A stretch of DNA of 64,000 nucleotides from Macrostomum lignano (lineage: Eukaryota). Every line of letters begins with the position of its first letter. Position 1 is the first letter of the stretch. The position numbers and the translations under genes were made by a program. The DNA lies in NCBI GenBank assembly GCA_002269645.1, contig NIVC01003636.1, positions 22,500 through 86,499 of the forward strand, written 5' to 3'. Below are positions 24,449 through 36,681 of the stretch, piece by piece. A model generated the notes under the pieces. That model searched no databases. It saw nothing but the letters and a program-made list of their open reading frames with translations, and had not been told where the DNA came from.

Positions 24449-25994
24449 ACACAGCTCCTGCCTTTATTAAAAATCACGGGCATGATACGAGCACGAAGTG
24501 GCTTTGAACTCTCCTTGAATAACGGTGCCTAACAGCCAAGTGATGCCATGTGCCCAGACTACCTAGAAAATCCCCCAGGGTGATATTTTGCTTTTTAGGG
24601 ACCTGCCGCTCGGTTTGGGGTTTGGGCTTCTAGCTAAAGCAACCTACTACCGGCTGTGATGAAACAGTCTTCGGCCATATCATCTGCTACCACCGGGGAC
24701 GCCCCGGCGAGACCCGCGGAGCAAACTCTGAGCGATTGGGATTTACCGGTGATGTCAAAACTCTGTCAAAAATATTTTAATCCTACTGTTCCTGTCTGTT
24801 TTATTGTTCATGAATATGTAATTGATTTTCGAATTCTTCTTCGTCAAGAGGCAACTCATTCGTGAGGAAGAGTGAATGTGGTATAGTTGGTTTGCAGATA
24901 TGTACATCTCTATGGTGATATTGAACTGTCGCAGGTAAAGTATAAATATACCAGTCGGAAGGCCAAAGGCGTTTTAAGTTCGTGTGCACCCCAAAATCAG
25001 TCTGACTTTCTCAACACAGCAGAACCCTCCTCAGACTCAACCGCAGAGACCTCAGAGCAGTTAGCATGGCCCTCTCCGGGCATAGCTGCTTCTCTTGCCA
25101 CCGCTTCTTTCAGGGCCAAGTACCTGAGGAGCGGTGCCCCTTCTGTCGCTCAGGCAGTCGCTCAGGCAGTGAAAATTTTCACCAGGGCCGGCTCACTCAC
25201 CTCGGGCCAAACCTGGTTCTCTCCGACGTTTGCAGGCCCGAAAGCAAACCGTAGCTCGCAGCTCAAAAACATGGGACGACGAGCTGATTTTTTAACGGAT
25301 CTAAAATTAATTAAGCTTCGCGTGAATTATTTGCTGAATCCCACCGTTGCTATACCAATTGTAATGGATGTAAACTTTTCTTAACTTGGTTAGCTTTAAT
25401 CCTACACTCGATGCTGATGAGGACGCACTTTTTCCCAAATCCCGCGCTAGCACATGGGCTCTAAATTTATTTGCCTACTAACAGTGGGCAATGGGCATTT
25501 TTATCCTTTTTCTGCGAATTTTCATAGAATCTATACTAGATATAATGTTTGGTCATACTAGTAGTCATAATAACATAGGCGCAGCTTTTTGGGTCATAAA
25601 TCATCGCTTTCGAAGCTGATCTGACAGCCACCTGCGCCTCACTCAGTGTTGAGGCGGGCGCCAGATGGTCTGAGAGGATGCGGGCGGTAGCTTTTTTCTC
25701 ATCATTTTGACAGGCCATCAAGATTTATGAGGTCAGAGCCTATTGTTCGTGTTCACTCAAGCGTGTGACAGCTTTGACAGCTATGCGTTTTACCCCTAAA
25801 AGTACTTTGGGATTAGCGATTAGCGATTTCTCTTCATTATCTTCACTTTCTATTTAATAAGAGCTTTCTAATGTGTATTTTTTCATTAATTTCTGTCAAT
25901 CCTACGCGAAAGGTCATAAATCATTTTGTTGCGATTTTGATTGATTTATGGCCGCACCTGTCATCTTTTTACGACCCTGTGGGAACTGATAGGA

Positions 25995-26140
25995 TCTCCC
26001 GGTCACGTGATTCTGGGTAGCAACAAGCTTAGCCAATCAGAAAATTCGGCGCTCATTTTAACAAAACGGCTCAGCCAATCAGAATCGACGTGTTCCATTA
26101 TAACAAACTGCGGTCCAGTTGGCGGCTATTTAAACCGGAG
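25995..26140 (+). promoter_or_regulatory. Promoter-like motif cluster (E-box, 2x CCAAT, TATA-like), possibly a solo LTR/U3
   Basis: GTCACGTGA ~26001, AGCCAATCAG ~26030 and ~26072, CTATTTAAA ~26127, in typical order; no downstream gene identified. Confidence 0.3.
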
Positions 26141-26724
26141 TTTTTGGCCCACTCGGACCCATTCCTCCCCCGGTTCCTGTTCCGACTCTGGCCTGGTTCC
26201 TACTCCACCGGCCCGGAACTGACCGTCGTTTCTTGATCCCCGGATTGCGACCTTCCCCCATCATCATCAAGGACGAGTCCCCCGGTCATCAGCAGCGAAC
26301 ATCAAGTTAAGAGCATCACCTGCTAGCTAACAGCGAATATTGTGACAGCATCATCCCGAGTCTACAGCTGCAGAGCATCGAGCCGATTCGGTCACTGTGG
26401 ATTACCTGGTCTCCGGCTGTTGAGTTTCTGATTGGTTGGGTGAGAGGCTACCTAGACTTGCTTGATTGGGTGATCCCTTTTCTGTCCCCTGTTGCAGTAG
26501 CTGAATTAGGCGCACACTTTTGCTCATTTTGTTCAGTAGTGCTGTCGCTGAGGCAGGAATCATTCAATAATACTGCTAGTAGTCTAAGACTCCAATTCAA
26601 TCTGAAGTGTGAAGTGATCTAAGGAGAAGGTTAAATCTAACAGTTATTTTTATCGGTTTTATTTCTTTGTTCGCCGATGGCTCAGATGAGTAGCTAAGCT
26701 AGTAGGCGCCGGTCACAGTGGACC

Positions 26725-27090
26725 AATGGCAAGGCAGTTCTCAGTCGACCAATCTATCAAATCAGTGAGCAAAACTGCCAGAAGTGCAGAATCGGCGCCA
26801 GAGATGTACTTTGTGCACTCTAGGGTAGCCAAGCGGCTCGGGTAAATGAATCATGCGGTCTCTGAAGTTCGAGTTAGTCTATCATCAGCGCTATGAGAGG
26901 CTAGTTGGCGCGTTGAAGGCCAAAAGTACATATCTTCGTATTTAGCAATGTAATAGTACATGCAGCTACCCCATAGACTCGCCACCGCAAGAATCCCCTG
27001 CACAAGTCCCCTCTGTACCTGCATGGCCAATGCGATCTAGTCCCAGCAGTGTCCCTTATCATCGGCTATGACTTCGAGATTGACAGCAAA
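26725..27090 (-). pseudogene. Possible decayed non-LTR reverse transcriptase fragment
   Basis: Frame with stops: VQRGLVQG ...36 aa... SADD ... LLTDLIDWSTENCLAI, loosely matching RT motifs GVPQG / YADD / L..W...N.L. Confidence 0.25.
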
Positions 27091-27587
27091 AAGACACTAG
27101 TTGGCAGGTAAGTGCAAAGCCCCTTCTAGTCGGAAGCCCGATTTCGAGAGTCCCGGTGTGGTGAGCCAGGGCGCACAGGCTGGTGGCAGCAAGTTAGTTG
27201 ATCTGCGGATTAACTAATTTCTACCTTCTAAATTCTCCCTGCTTGTCTCTCGCTGTCCCTCTCTTAGCTATAGGACCTAGACTGCTCGCCACACGATCAA
27301 GCTACCATGGGGCTGACCATCTGACAGGAGTGGGGGGCCAGGTCTCTAATTGATTTATTTCTGAGCCTGAGGCCCGAAGGCTTCCCTAACAAGGAGCCCG
27401 AAGGTCGAAACCCATCAATGCTACCAAATGAAATAGGCCGTGTAAAATTAAATAACTTGACACTGTTAATGGTTAAATTATTTGTTAAGTCCGGCTCCAG
27501 TCTTATTACTAGTGAGTAATAAATCCTGGTCCCGCGATCTGGTACTATGCGGAATTGGGCTTATCATCCCGCCCGTCCCAGAATTCC

Positions 27588-27905
27588 CCTGGGCTATCTG
27601 TCTCTCTAGGATTCCAGATCTCCGCTGGGCTATCTGTCTCTCTAAGATTCCAGATCTCCGCTGGGCTATCTGTCTCTCTAGGATTCCAGATCTCCGCTGG
27701 GCTATCTGTCTCTCTAGGATTCCAGATCTCCGCTGGGCTATCTGTCTCTCTAGGATTCCAGATCTCCGCTGGGCTATCTGTCTCTCTAGGATTCCAGATC
27801 TCCACTGGGCTATCTGTCTCTCTAGGATTCCAGATCTCCGCTGGGCTATCTGTCTCTCTAGGATTCTAGATCTCCGCTGGGCTATCTGTCTCTCCAGGAT
27901 TCCAG
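27588..27905. repeat. 36-bp minisatellite ctgggctatctgtctctctaggattccagatctccg, ~9 copies
   Basis: Near-perfect tandem units. Confidence 0.95.
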
Positions 27906-28419
27906 ATTCCAGGCCTGGCTTACACAAGCCACTATTAACTAAGACCAGGCTGATACGGCAAAAGAGCTAATATCAAGCGGTGGGCAAGGCAGGGGGGGGA
28001 ACTTCAAATTGGTGCGCGCGGTATTTATACCGAAAGTTCAGTGCATTAAAACAAATAATTGGCATAACGTCGCGCAATTCCCGTACAATAATAATCTGCG
28101 CTTGTGCATGAACTTCAGTGAATAAATTTGCACGCATTAGTAATCCTAGCTCTCATTAGTACTTTTAACATTATTACGTATACTCGTAGTCCAAGGAGCC
28201 CTATCACAATTTATTTCCCCCCGCCGGTGAGGATCGGACCATCGCTGCAGAGCGACATCACTTAGACGGAAGGCATTGGTCGCCAGGGGCTAGCGAAATG
28301 GGCAGTCACGGCCTACTCGCTGTATTTGACGGACGATGTCCCCTGCAGCTAAGTCAAGTAATTTTCAAAGTCGTACGCGATGTCTTCGCACCGATCTTTT
28401 CTACACCAGAAGCTAGACC

Positions 28420-28530
28420 CTTGCCACCGTGATGACACCAGTCGTACTGTCCGACCTGTTCAACCCGACCTCGGGGATGCGACGCGACACGCACCTTTTC
28501 GTGTTGGTGCTCGATAGGGTGCTGCGGAGA
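28420..28530 (+). pseudogene. Decayed LINE (RTE-like) reverse transcriptase fragment
   Basis: TPVVLSDLFNPTSGMRRDTHLFVLVLDRVLR resembles TP.G.S..F....GV.QGD.LAP.LF.LVLD.VLR. Confidence 0.4.
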
Positions 28531-28715
28531 GGGGGGGGGGGCTGTGGGGCATGGCTGGGGATCAGCTTCTACTCTTTTAGGGAAGTCGAGATGTCAGTCT
28601 TGATATTCTTCTAATTCTGCATTGGCGCTTTGCTTGATAAGTGAATTAAAAAAAAGGACTTTTAAGAGAATGAAGGATTTACTTTTTTAGGGATAGCGAT
28701 GTATGCCTGTAGCGA

Positions 28716-29705
28716 TGGACGTTTGCCTGCGAGACGTTTGCCAGCCGATGTTTGCCAGCCGAAGTTTGCCAGCCGATGTTTGCCAGCCGATATTTGCCAG
28801 CCGACGTTTGTCTGCGAGACGTTTGCCAGCCGATGTTTGCCGGCCGATGTTTGCCAGCCGACGTTTGCAGCTTGCGGGACGTTTTGCCAGCCGACGTTTG
28901 CCAGCCGAAGTTTTCCAGCCGAGGTTTGCCAGCCGACGTTTGCCAGCCGACGTTGCCAGCCGACGTTTGCCAGCCGACGTTTGCCTGCGAGACGTTTGCC
29001 AGCCGATGTTTGCCAGCAGATGTTTGCCAGCAGATGTTTGCCAGCCGACGTTTGCAGCTTGCGGGACGTTTTGCCAGCCGACGTTTGCCAGCCGAAGTTT
29101 TCCAGCCGAGGTTTGCCAGCCGACGTTTGCCAGCCGACGTTGCCAGCCGACGTTTGCCAGCCGACGTTTGCCTGCGGGACGTTTGCTTGGCTTTTGAGTT
29201 AAGTATAGGCGAGACTAATTAAGCCAATACCATTATGGATGTCTCAGTCTTTTCCCATTTAGCTTGTAAATACTTAGCTTGTTTGGCCACACTGATGGAA
29301 ATGGCCATTCCATATGGCATACATAAACACCAACTGTGACGATGGAAACTCCTATTTTGTATTTTTACCTTTATATTTAGGCAGACAAGAGCAATAACTT
29401 CAATAAGGCTAAACATTAGTTTTTTAGTAACCTAGTATATTTACATGTAACAGTAGTAGTAGGGAGCGAGCTGGAATTAGATTAGTGCTATATCCACAGT
29501 TTTCAAACGCAAGTACATGTAAGCCTAGAGGGCAACTTCTTTAACCAAAATAGCCGCCTGCTGCAAATGTCCGGCTGGCCAACGTCCCGCAGGCAAACGT
29601 CGGCTGGCAAACGTCCAGCAGGCAAACGTCGGCTGGCAAACGTCCAGCAGGCAAACGTCGGCTGGCAAACGTTGGCAGGCAAACGGGCCGGCAGGCAAAC
29701 TTCGC
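28716..29705. mobile_element. Foldback-like structure with inverted arrays of gacgtttgccagcc modules
   Basis: Plus-orientation array 28716-29185 and reverse-orientation array 29566-29705; acgtttgccagccgacgtttgcctgcgggacgtt is an exact inverted match; ~380-bp unique spacer. Confidence 0.65.
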
Positions 29706-29890
29706 AGACCCGTCAGCTTCAAACGTAGGCGAGTCAGCACAGCTAGCTGGCAATGGTTTAGGCCAGACTTTAGGATAATGGGTTTTGTGGTGTAAATCGA
29801 GTTTTGAAGATGATGCATGTGCATACAGATTATAGTAGTTTCTATAGCAGGTGCAAGCTGCTGAAACGCCTAAGGGCCCAAAGTTGCTGG

Positions 29891-30141
29891 CCCGCATAGC
29901 AAAATTACGTATCCAAATAGAAAGTGGAACGTCTCCGATGCGTAACTTTTTTGGTTGCAGGAACGTCCTTGATACGTATCCAATTTTTATGATCCTCTTA
30001 AGAAGCTCGTTTCTACAAAAATGGTGAACAGATAATGCTTGTAATTTTATTTATTATTTATTCCACTTTCCAATATATTCCAATATTCCATATATTTTAA
30101 TATATTTATTTGGTATTGGATACGTAATTTTGCTATGCGGG
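29891..30141. mobile_element. MITE with 26-bp perfect TIR and 3-bp TSD (CMC/EnSpm-like, tentative)
   Basis: CCCGCATAGCAAAATTACGTATCCAA and its exact reverse complement; TGG on both flanks. Confidence 0.8.
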
Positions 30142-30499
30142 TGGCTATACGAGTAAAATAGTAAAAAGCTTTTTAGAACAATGTTAAAAATATGATGCAC
30201 AAGTTCCTCTAAAATATTTTCTGAATTTTCCGGTAATTTCAAAACTCGTTTCTTGATTGCAGAAACATTAAGTATTTGCCTTTAAATAATTAGCTATTTT
30301 TGGGAATAGCATTAAACCAATAAATGCGCGGGTATGACAATTACTGTCTGTAGCACAGCTGTTTCTTAAAATATGCCGTTTGTTTTACCAAGAGAGCTTC
30401 TGTGAAATTATCGCGCAAGTTTGACATAGATTCACCAAGATAAAAATTTTTTGTGGGCTGACATTAATTGCATGAAACGGTGGTAGAGGGTTCCCATTT

Positions 30500-30686
30500 C
30501 AGTAGCACAACCAGAAATTTTTTGAGGGGGAGGGCGGATTCTGGAGAGTAAAGTCCCGGGAGGGGGGATTCGGAGGATTGGCTCTGTTTTTGGCAAAAAT
30601 TTGCTTGGTCCCCCTTTTGATTTTTTGAGTCTCCGCCTAAAGCGACCTAAGGGGGGGCGACCGCCCCCCCCTTGGTTGCGCCACTG
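30500..30686. mobile_element. Short MITE with CAGT(A/G)GC(A/G)CAACC TIRs
   Basis: cagtagcacaacc ... ggttgcgccactg; TSD not resolved. Confidence 0.55.
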
Positions 30687-30987
30687 GGTGTTCCTGATTG
30701 AAAATCATATATGAAAAGAGCTTGTATATTGCATTTTAGCCCAGATAGGCCCTTAAAACAATTGGCTTTCAAAAAATAAAAATAGGTCCAGGATTTTTTG
30801 TTAAAAAAAGAATTACTAATTCTAGATTTATACTAGCTAGGCCTATTGCTGGCCATATATGATATATCAAATTTAAATTTAAATTAACTTTATATAAAAA
30901 TATGGATGTCCACATATTTATTCTAGGCCATTTTCTATTTCTATTTACAATACTAACTGACTTGCCAGAACCAAAACTAGATAGGCG

Positions 30988-31367
30988 CCATAGCTGGGAA
31001 GGTGGCAGTTTTTGGTGAATTTTCCAGCGCAAATTGGCCCTTTTTTGGTGCACACGGCGCACATGGCGTACAAGGAAAAATTAGAAATGCTCTGGCGACG
31101 CATACTACGATGATGCCTGTTCTGATGACAGCTCCGATGCCAGTGAAGAATCCAGCAATTTGGACATTGACTAATGAGTAGTACTCATCCATTGTGTATG
31201 ACTTATGTAATGCCACTTTTACCTTACCTTACTTTACCTTACCTTAGACTTACCTTATCATGGGGCGCTGCGGTGCACAAAATCTTTTCTTCACGGCGCA
31301 TGGCACACAGTGCTCAAAAGCCATCAAAATAGTTCCGGCGCACACTATGCCACCTTCCTAACTATGG
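30988..31367. mobile_element. hAT-like MITE
   Basis: TIR ccatagctgggaaggtggca / tgccaccttcctaactatgg; 8-bp flanks gataggcg / gataggtg. Confidence 0.7.
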
Positions 31368-32032
31368 GATAGGTGGCATAGGCATAGGGCCCAAGTAAGG
31401 GCCCAAGCTACCCAGATAACAAATAACTGTCCTAGGGAATTCATACTATGGTCTCTCCAAGCATCTTGCTTCAATGTCCCAGAATGTTCTGGTCAGATAT
31501 CAATATGGACATTCTTATCCAATGTTGCAGACTTGCAGGCACATTGAAACTGGACATTACTGTTAAGAAATGTTAAAGGGTCTCTGAAAGGGTTGTAAAA
31601 ATATTGTAGTTGAGCAGTCATTCTTCTATATGTGTTATAGTATAGTACTCATACTTTGCTAAAATATAACTTATGTGATTTGCTGAAATATTATTTTGCC
31701 AAAATGTTTTATAGTCATCTTAATCATTCATATAGGCCTTTATATATTATTTTTTGTATGCATTCAAGAATTGCTTCTATATATCATACTGGACTCTGGA
31801 AAGATCCTCACACATAAGTAAAACAGCAGCATTTTTAGCTAGTTTAACTTTAAAGCCACAAAACAAAAGCTTCTTGCAAAGAAAAAAAGTTTTTATAAAC
31901 AAAAGTATTTTAACTTCCATTTAGTAATCATAATTTATATCAGTTATAGGACTAGTTTTATTTGTTATAGCTAGGGGTGGCAAAGCCTAATATTTTAGAT
32001 CAGACAATAGCCAATAGACATAGGTCATAGAG

Positions 32033-32924
32033 CAGGGGTCAGCAAACTTTTTTCAGTGCGGGCCGGATTGGATGACTGGCTGAGGTGGCGGGCCAGAAAA
32101 AATGCGCAACAAATTGAGGCTATAAATGACAATTTGGTATCCTATAGAATCGTTCGTTTAATTATTTTTTGCTTATTTTCAATTCCTTTCTAATTTTAAA
32201 GTAAAAAATGAAACAAGTGAACGATCCAACAGTTGTCTGAATTGAATTTCCGCTAGTTTTTTTAGAACTGGACTTTGTTCAAAATTAGACGTGAAAAGGT
32301 GTATTGGCAGCTCGGCAGCTAATTTTTCAATCTCAAATGCATCTCCCTTTAAAAGTCCCCCAGCCCCGCCTTTTGACCATAGACATGCATATTAATGCTT
32401 TGTGCGCACACTGATACTATTTTAAGAATTCCTGACATCAGTGCACAAATTCAAATACAAGTGTATTGTGGAGAGATGTGTCCTGGATAAAATTACCCAG
32501 TGACACTCTTAACCAATGTTAAAGTAGTACCCTCGTATCGTGATGTGGCAATTGACTATAGCAAACAATTTAGCTGCCAGTACATGTAAACTGTTAGATT
32601 GTTAACTTGTTTCATATTTTTGGACTCTAAAAATAAACAGGAATCGAATTGAAACAAAAAATTATTTAACAAACAATTCTATAGGATAGCCGACAATTTT
32701 ATATGATAGAACAAATACAATCAACAACACCGCAATTGAAATTGACACAGGATTGTGACAGGAATGCCAAGGTGAAAGCTAATTTTGCTTGTAAGTTGAA
32801 TGTTTCAACACAAAATTGGTTCGCGGGCCACTTTTACACTGTTAGATAGTAAGAGTGCTGCAGGCCGGACTTGAAAATGTCGCGGGCCGGATCTGGCCCG
32901 CGGGCCGCAGTTTGCCAACCCCTG
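32033..32924. mobile_element. Non-autonomous hAT (Charlie/Buster-like) element
   Basis: TIR caggggtcagcaaac / gtttgccaacccctg; subterminal gcgggcc motifs; 8-bp flanks tcatagag / gcatagag. Confidence 0.85.
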
Positions 32925-33998
32925 GCATAGAGGCAACAGGCATGATGGTTCTTTTAAGCTATTAATTAGGATTAAAATTAGGCATATATGTGCAACCTCT
33001 AAAATTTGGTTGGCCATGCAACTTAGTTTTAACAAAAAATGTGACAGTTTTTGGCTAAAAATGCAACTTACATATAAAAGAAATCCTAAAGCAAAATTAA
33101 TGCAACTGAGTAAATAGCAAGAGTAACTATGACTGTCTTATGAAGGAAAAATGCCTCATTATCTACTTAGTACTACTTGGATATTTATTTGGGTAAGCAT
33201 TTTTGCAACTTACCTTGGTTGGCTACCAAATTGGTCAGCCGGATTGGCCGACTTGGTCAACTATTGCACATGTATGAAAAAAAGGCACAAAAATTTATTA
33301 ATGTAAATTTTAAGCAATACTTTTATATCTTATTGTGTCCTCATTATGTATCCTATTTTATTTATAGTAATATAATATCCCAAATGTAACGTATCCTAAA
33401 GGTTTTAATGATATTTATGTAATGAATAGTTATTATGTTTCATGTATATTTTGAAACAATATATTAGTAAGTAATAGAAATAAAAGCTTATTTTCATCTT
33501 ATAGTACTGTCTATTTTTTATTGCATTATGATTTTAACTAACTAAATACCAAGTAAGACAAAATGTTACTAATACATTTTATGGAATGGAATTCTTAAGC
33601 AATGTCTCCACTTATCTTTTTCTCTTAAAGACTAGAAAATAGTCTAGATTATAGAAACTTTTTTATTTTCATAACTTATTTACTTATTTTTTTATTCACT
33701 TTTTAAAAAATGGTAAATTTGTTAGCAGGGTTTTTTTTTGTGCGCAGAGTGTGCGTATGCACCCTAAATTTTAAAATCGCACCCTGAAATTAAAAAAGTA
33801 GGTGCGGTTTAGGTGCGGTCTTATAACCATTTTTCTTTAAAGGCTTAACCATGCTTAAGCTATTTTTTATGCACTGCCTTAAAATATGAAACAAAATAAC
33901 TCTTTAAATCCTATTAAGTCATATAGGCGATATAGCCTATAGCTATAGCCTTATGTAAGATATTAAAATATACATTCCCAGTTGTCTGAAATGTGAGC

Positions 33999-36681
33999 AA
34001 TGTGAGGGTTTCACGAGAGATATTCAGACAAAGGCTCCCTAAAACACGCCCCGCACCGGGCCCCGAACTGCTACACATTATAACATTTTTTGTCAATGCA
34101 GTATTTGATTGCAAGGAAAAGTTAAAATAGTAATGGAATAAATATCTTTATTTATTTTTTTAAATATTATTATTTTTTATATTCTCGTTTTCATTATTAA
34201 ATTATAATATTATTATTTTATTAATATTATTATTAATATCACTTATTGTTCACCGAATTTTATATTTCAAAGTAAAAAAAACTAAATTTAATAAAAACTT
34301 GAAGCTTAACAGAAAACGCATTCTGAAGTGTCTTTAGTTATAGTCCAATTTGTTTTAATGTGTAGCGCTGCAGGGCGGTGCGGGGTGTGTTTTAGGGAGA
34401 CCCATTCAGACAGACATTCAAAATGATTGTCTGTAACTTCAAACAAAATTGACCCGCTTCAACCATCTTTTTGGCAAATACTTACGCAAGTGTTGGGCGT
34501 CAAATAAGCTTTAATTTATTAACTGGAGTAAAAATCCTTTTGACATACATTGATTTAAAAATTGCTTAGCAACACTAGCTCTGATTAGAAATCGCTTTAT
34601 TGTTGACTAAAATTGTTTTGATCGTAGCAGCCTAAAAGCAGATACTGGATTTAAAAATGCTTCGATTTACTCTATACGCATGTCTCAGCTTTAAAATGAC
34701 ACCTCAGGCGTCGCAAAAGACAGCTTTGATGCTGAGATATTCGACACTAAACATGCATTGCTTTGCGCAATCTCACATTCAGAAATTTCACTGATTTTTT
34801 GTCGATATTTGTGCAGTTGCCATGTCCTTGTTTTTCATCAGAATCTTGTCAAATTCTAGTCATGTCTATACGCATGTCTCAGCTTTAAAATGACACCTCA
34901 GGCATTGCAAAAGACAGCTTTGATGCTGAGATATTCGACACTAAACATTGCTTTGCTCAAACTCACATTTGGAAACTTCACTGATTTTTATTCAATATTT
35001 GTTCAGATGCTTGTCTACTTCTCCATTTATTAACCATCGCATGGAGCCTTGCTAACATAGAAGTGTATGTAGTTACAGTAAATGGGTTTTTTGTGACTCA
35101 CTTAAACTTGTTTACGCATTCTACAGCTATTCGCCGCCTTTCATTGGAGTGATTCATGGAGTCCAGTTGATAAATTTCCACAAATTGGACTGCTTCTACG
35201 TCAGATCTCAACATTTGGAACCGTCCTTGAACTATTTCAGAGTTAAGTGAGCTAATGGCATCAAATGGAAGGCTAGTGCTCGTACTTGTAAGCGAAGCAG
35301 GTTCACAATTGAAATGGTTGTATTCATGGCCATGGGATCTAAACTGATCTGTTTTACTTTCACGATCGCTTTGGTCTCAGAAGGAGCAGCAGTTGATGGA
35401 CTGAGGTGAGAAGAAGATGTGTCACGACTTGAGCTGTTTTTAGAAAATATCTTTATCCAATTAAATATTTTCATGCGGCTCCTTAGGTTGTTCCGAATTC
35501 CGAGTCTAGAAGTCAAGACAGAAAAAAAGTTAAGAACTGCTACTGTAGTCCGTAGGGATTGGAAAGCTTAGCAGTACATTAGAAATCGCCTGTTCAATCT
35601 AAAAAGTTTGAAGTACATATAGCTATTGGGTTGCAACAACAGTAGAAAAAATTCTTCCTTTTTATTTTATTCCCACCGCTTACCTCATTCCGATTTGGAT
35701 AGCAGAATTGCCACGCAAAAAAAGTAAAAACATAACAATAAACTATTTGCTTCATATTAATTGCCACTGACTGTTAATAAACGCGACGTCAATTTCTCTC
35801 AATAACAGTTGGAACATGTTTCTTGTACACTCGTATATTTATTTGAACCGCAAAGCGGTGAAAAAGTCATGATTGGTTGCCAAATGTACAAATGTACACT
35901 CACAGACTCACTGACTCAGGTACAATCTATGCAATATAAAGGCAGGAATCATTAAAAATCAAATACTTAAGACAGTTTAAGAGAAGTCCAGGTTTAAACT
36001 GGACATGACTAGAATTTGACAAGTTTCTAATGAAAAACAAGGACACGGCAGCTGCACAAATATCGACAAAAAATCAGTGAAATTTCTGAATGTGAGATTG
36101 CGCAAAGCAATGCATGTTTAGTGTCGAATATCTCAGCATCAAAGCTGTCTTTTGCAATGCCTGAGGTGTCATTTTAAAGCTGAGACATGCGTATAGACAT
36201 GACTAGAATTTGACAAGATTCTGATGAAAAACAAGGACATGGCAACTGCACAAATATCGACAAAAAATCAGTGAAATTTCTGAATGTGAGATTGCGCAAA
36301 GCAATGCATGTTTAGTGTCGAATATCTCAGCATCAAAGCTGTCTTTTGCGACGCCTGAGGTGTCATTTTAAAGCTGAGACATGCGTATAGAGTAAATCGA
36401 AGCATTTTTAAATCCAGTATCTGCTTTTAGGCTGCTACGATCAAAACAATTTTAGTCAACAATAAAGCGATTTCTAATCAGAGCTAGTGTTGCTAAGCAA
36501 TTTTTAAATCAATGTATGTCAGAAGGATTTTTACTTCAGTTAATAAATTAAAGCTTATTTGACGCCCAACACTTGCGTAAGTATTTGCCAAAAAGATGGT
36601 TGAAGCGGGTCAATTTTGTTTAAAGTTACAGACGATGGTTTTGAATGTCTGTCTGAATATCTCTCGTGAAACCCTCACATT
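33999..36681. mobile_element. Foldback element with long near-identical inverted arms containing ~195-bp subrepeats
   Basis: Left arm 33999-34030 + 34404-~35000 is the reverse complement of right arm ~36000-36681 with few mismatches. Confidence 0.85.
34031..34403. mobile_element. MULE-like MITE inserted in the foldback left arm
   Basis: TIR aggctccctaaaacacgccccgcaccg / cggtgcggggtgtgttttagggagaccc; 9-bp TSD ATTCAGACA; the right arm shows the empty site. Confidence 0.85.

Noticed and set aside
24887-25384. 165-aa plus-strand ORF
   Set aside because: No recognisable domain, splice partners or family motif
27355-27420. Hammerhead-ribozyme-like motif GAGCCCGAAGGTCGAAAC (Penelope-type)
   Set aside because: The CUGANGA core is missing and I could not build stems I and III
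27588-27905. 36-bp direct repeats, CRISPR-like in length
   Set aside because: Head-to-tail with no unique spacers, no cas genes, eukaryotic context
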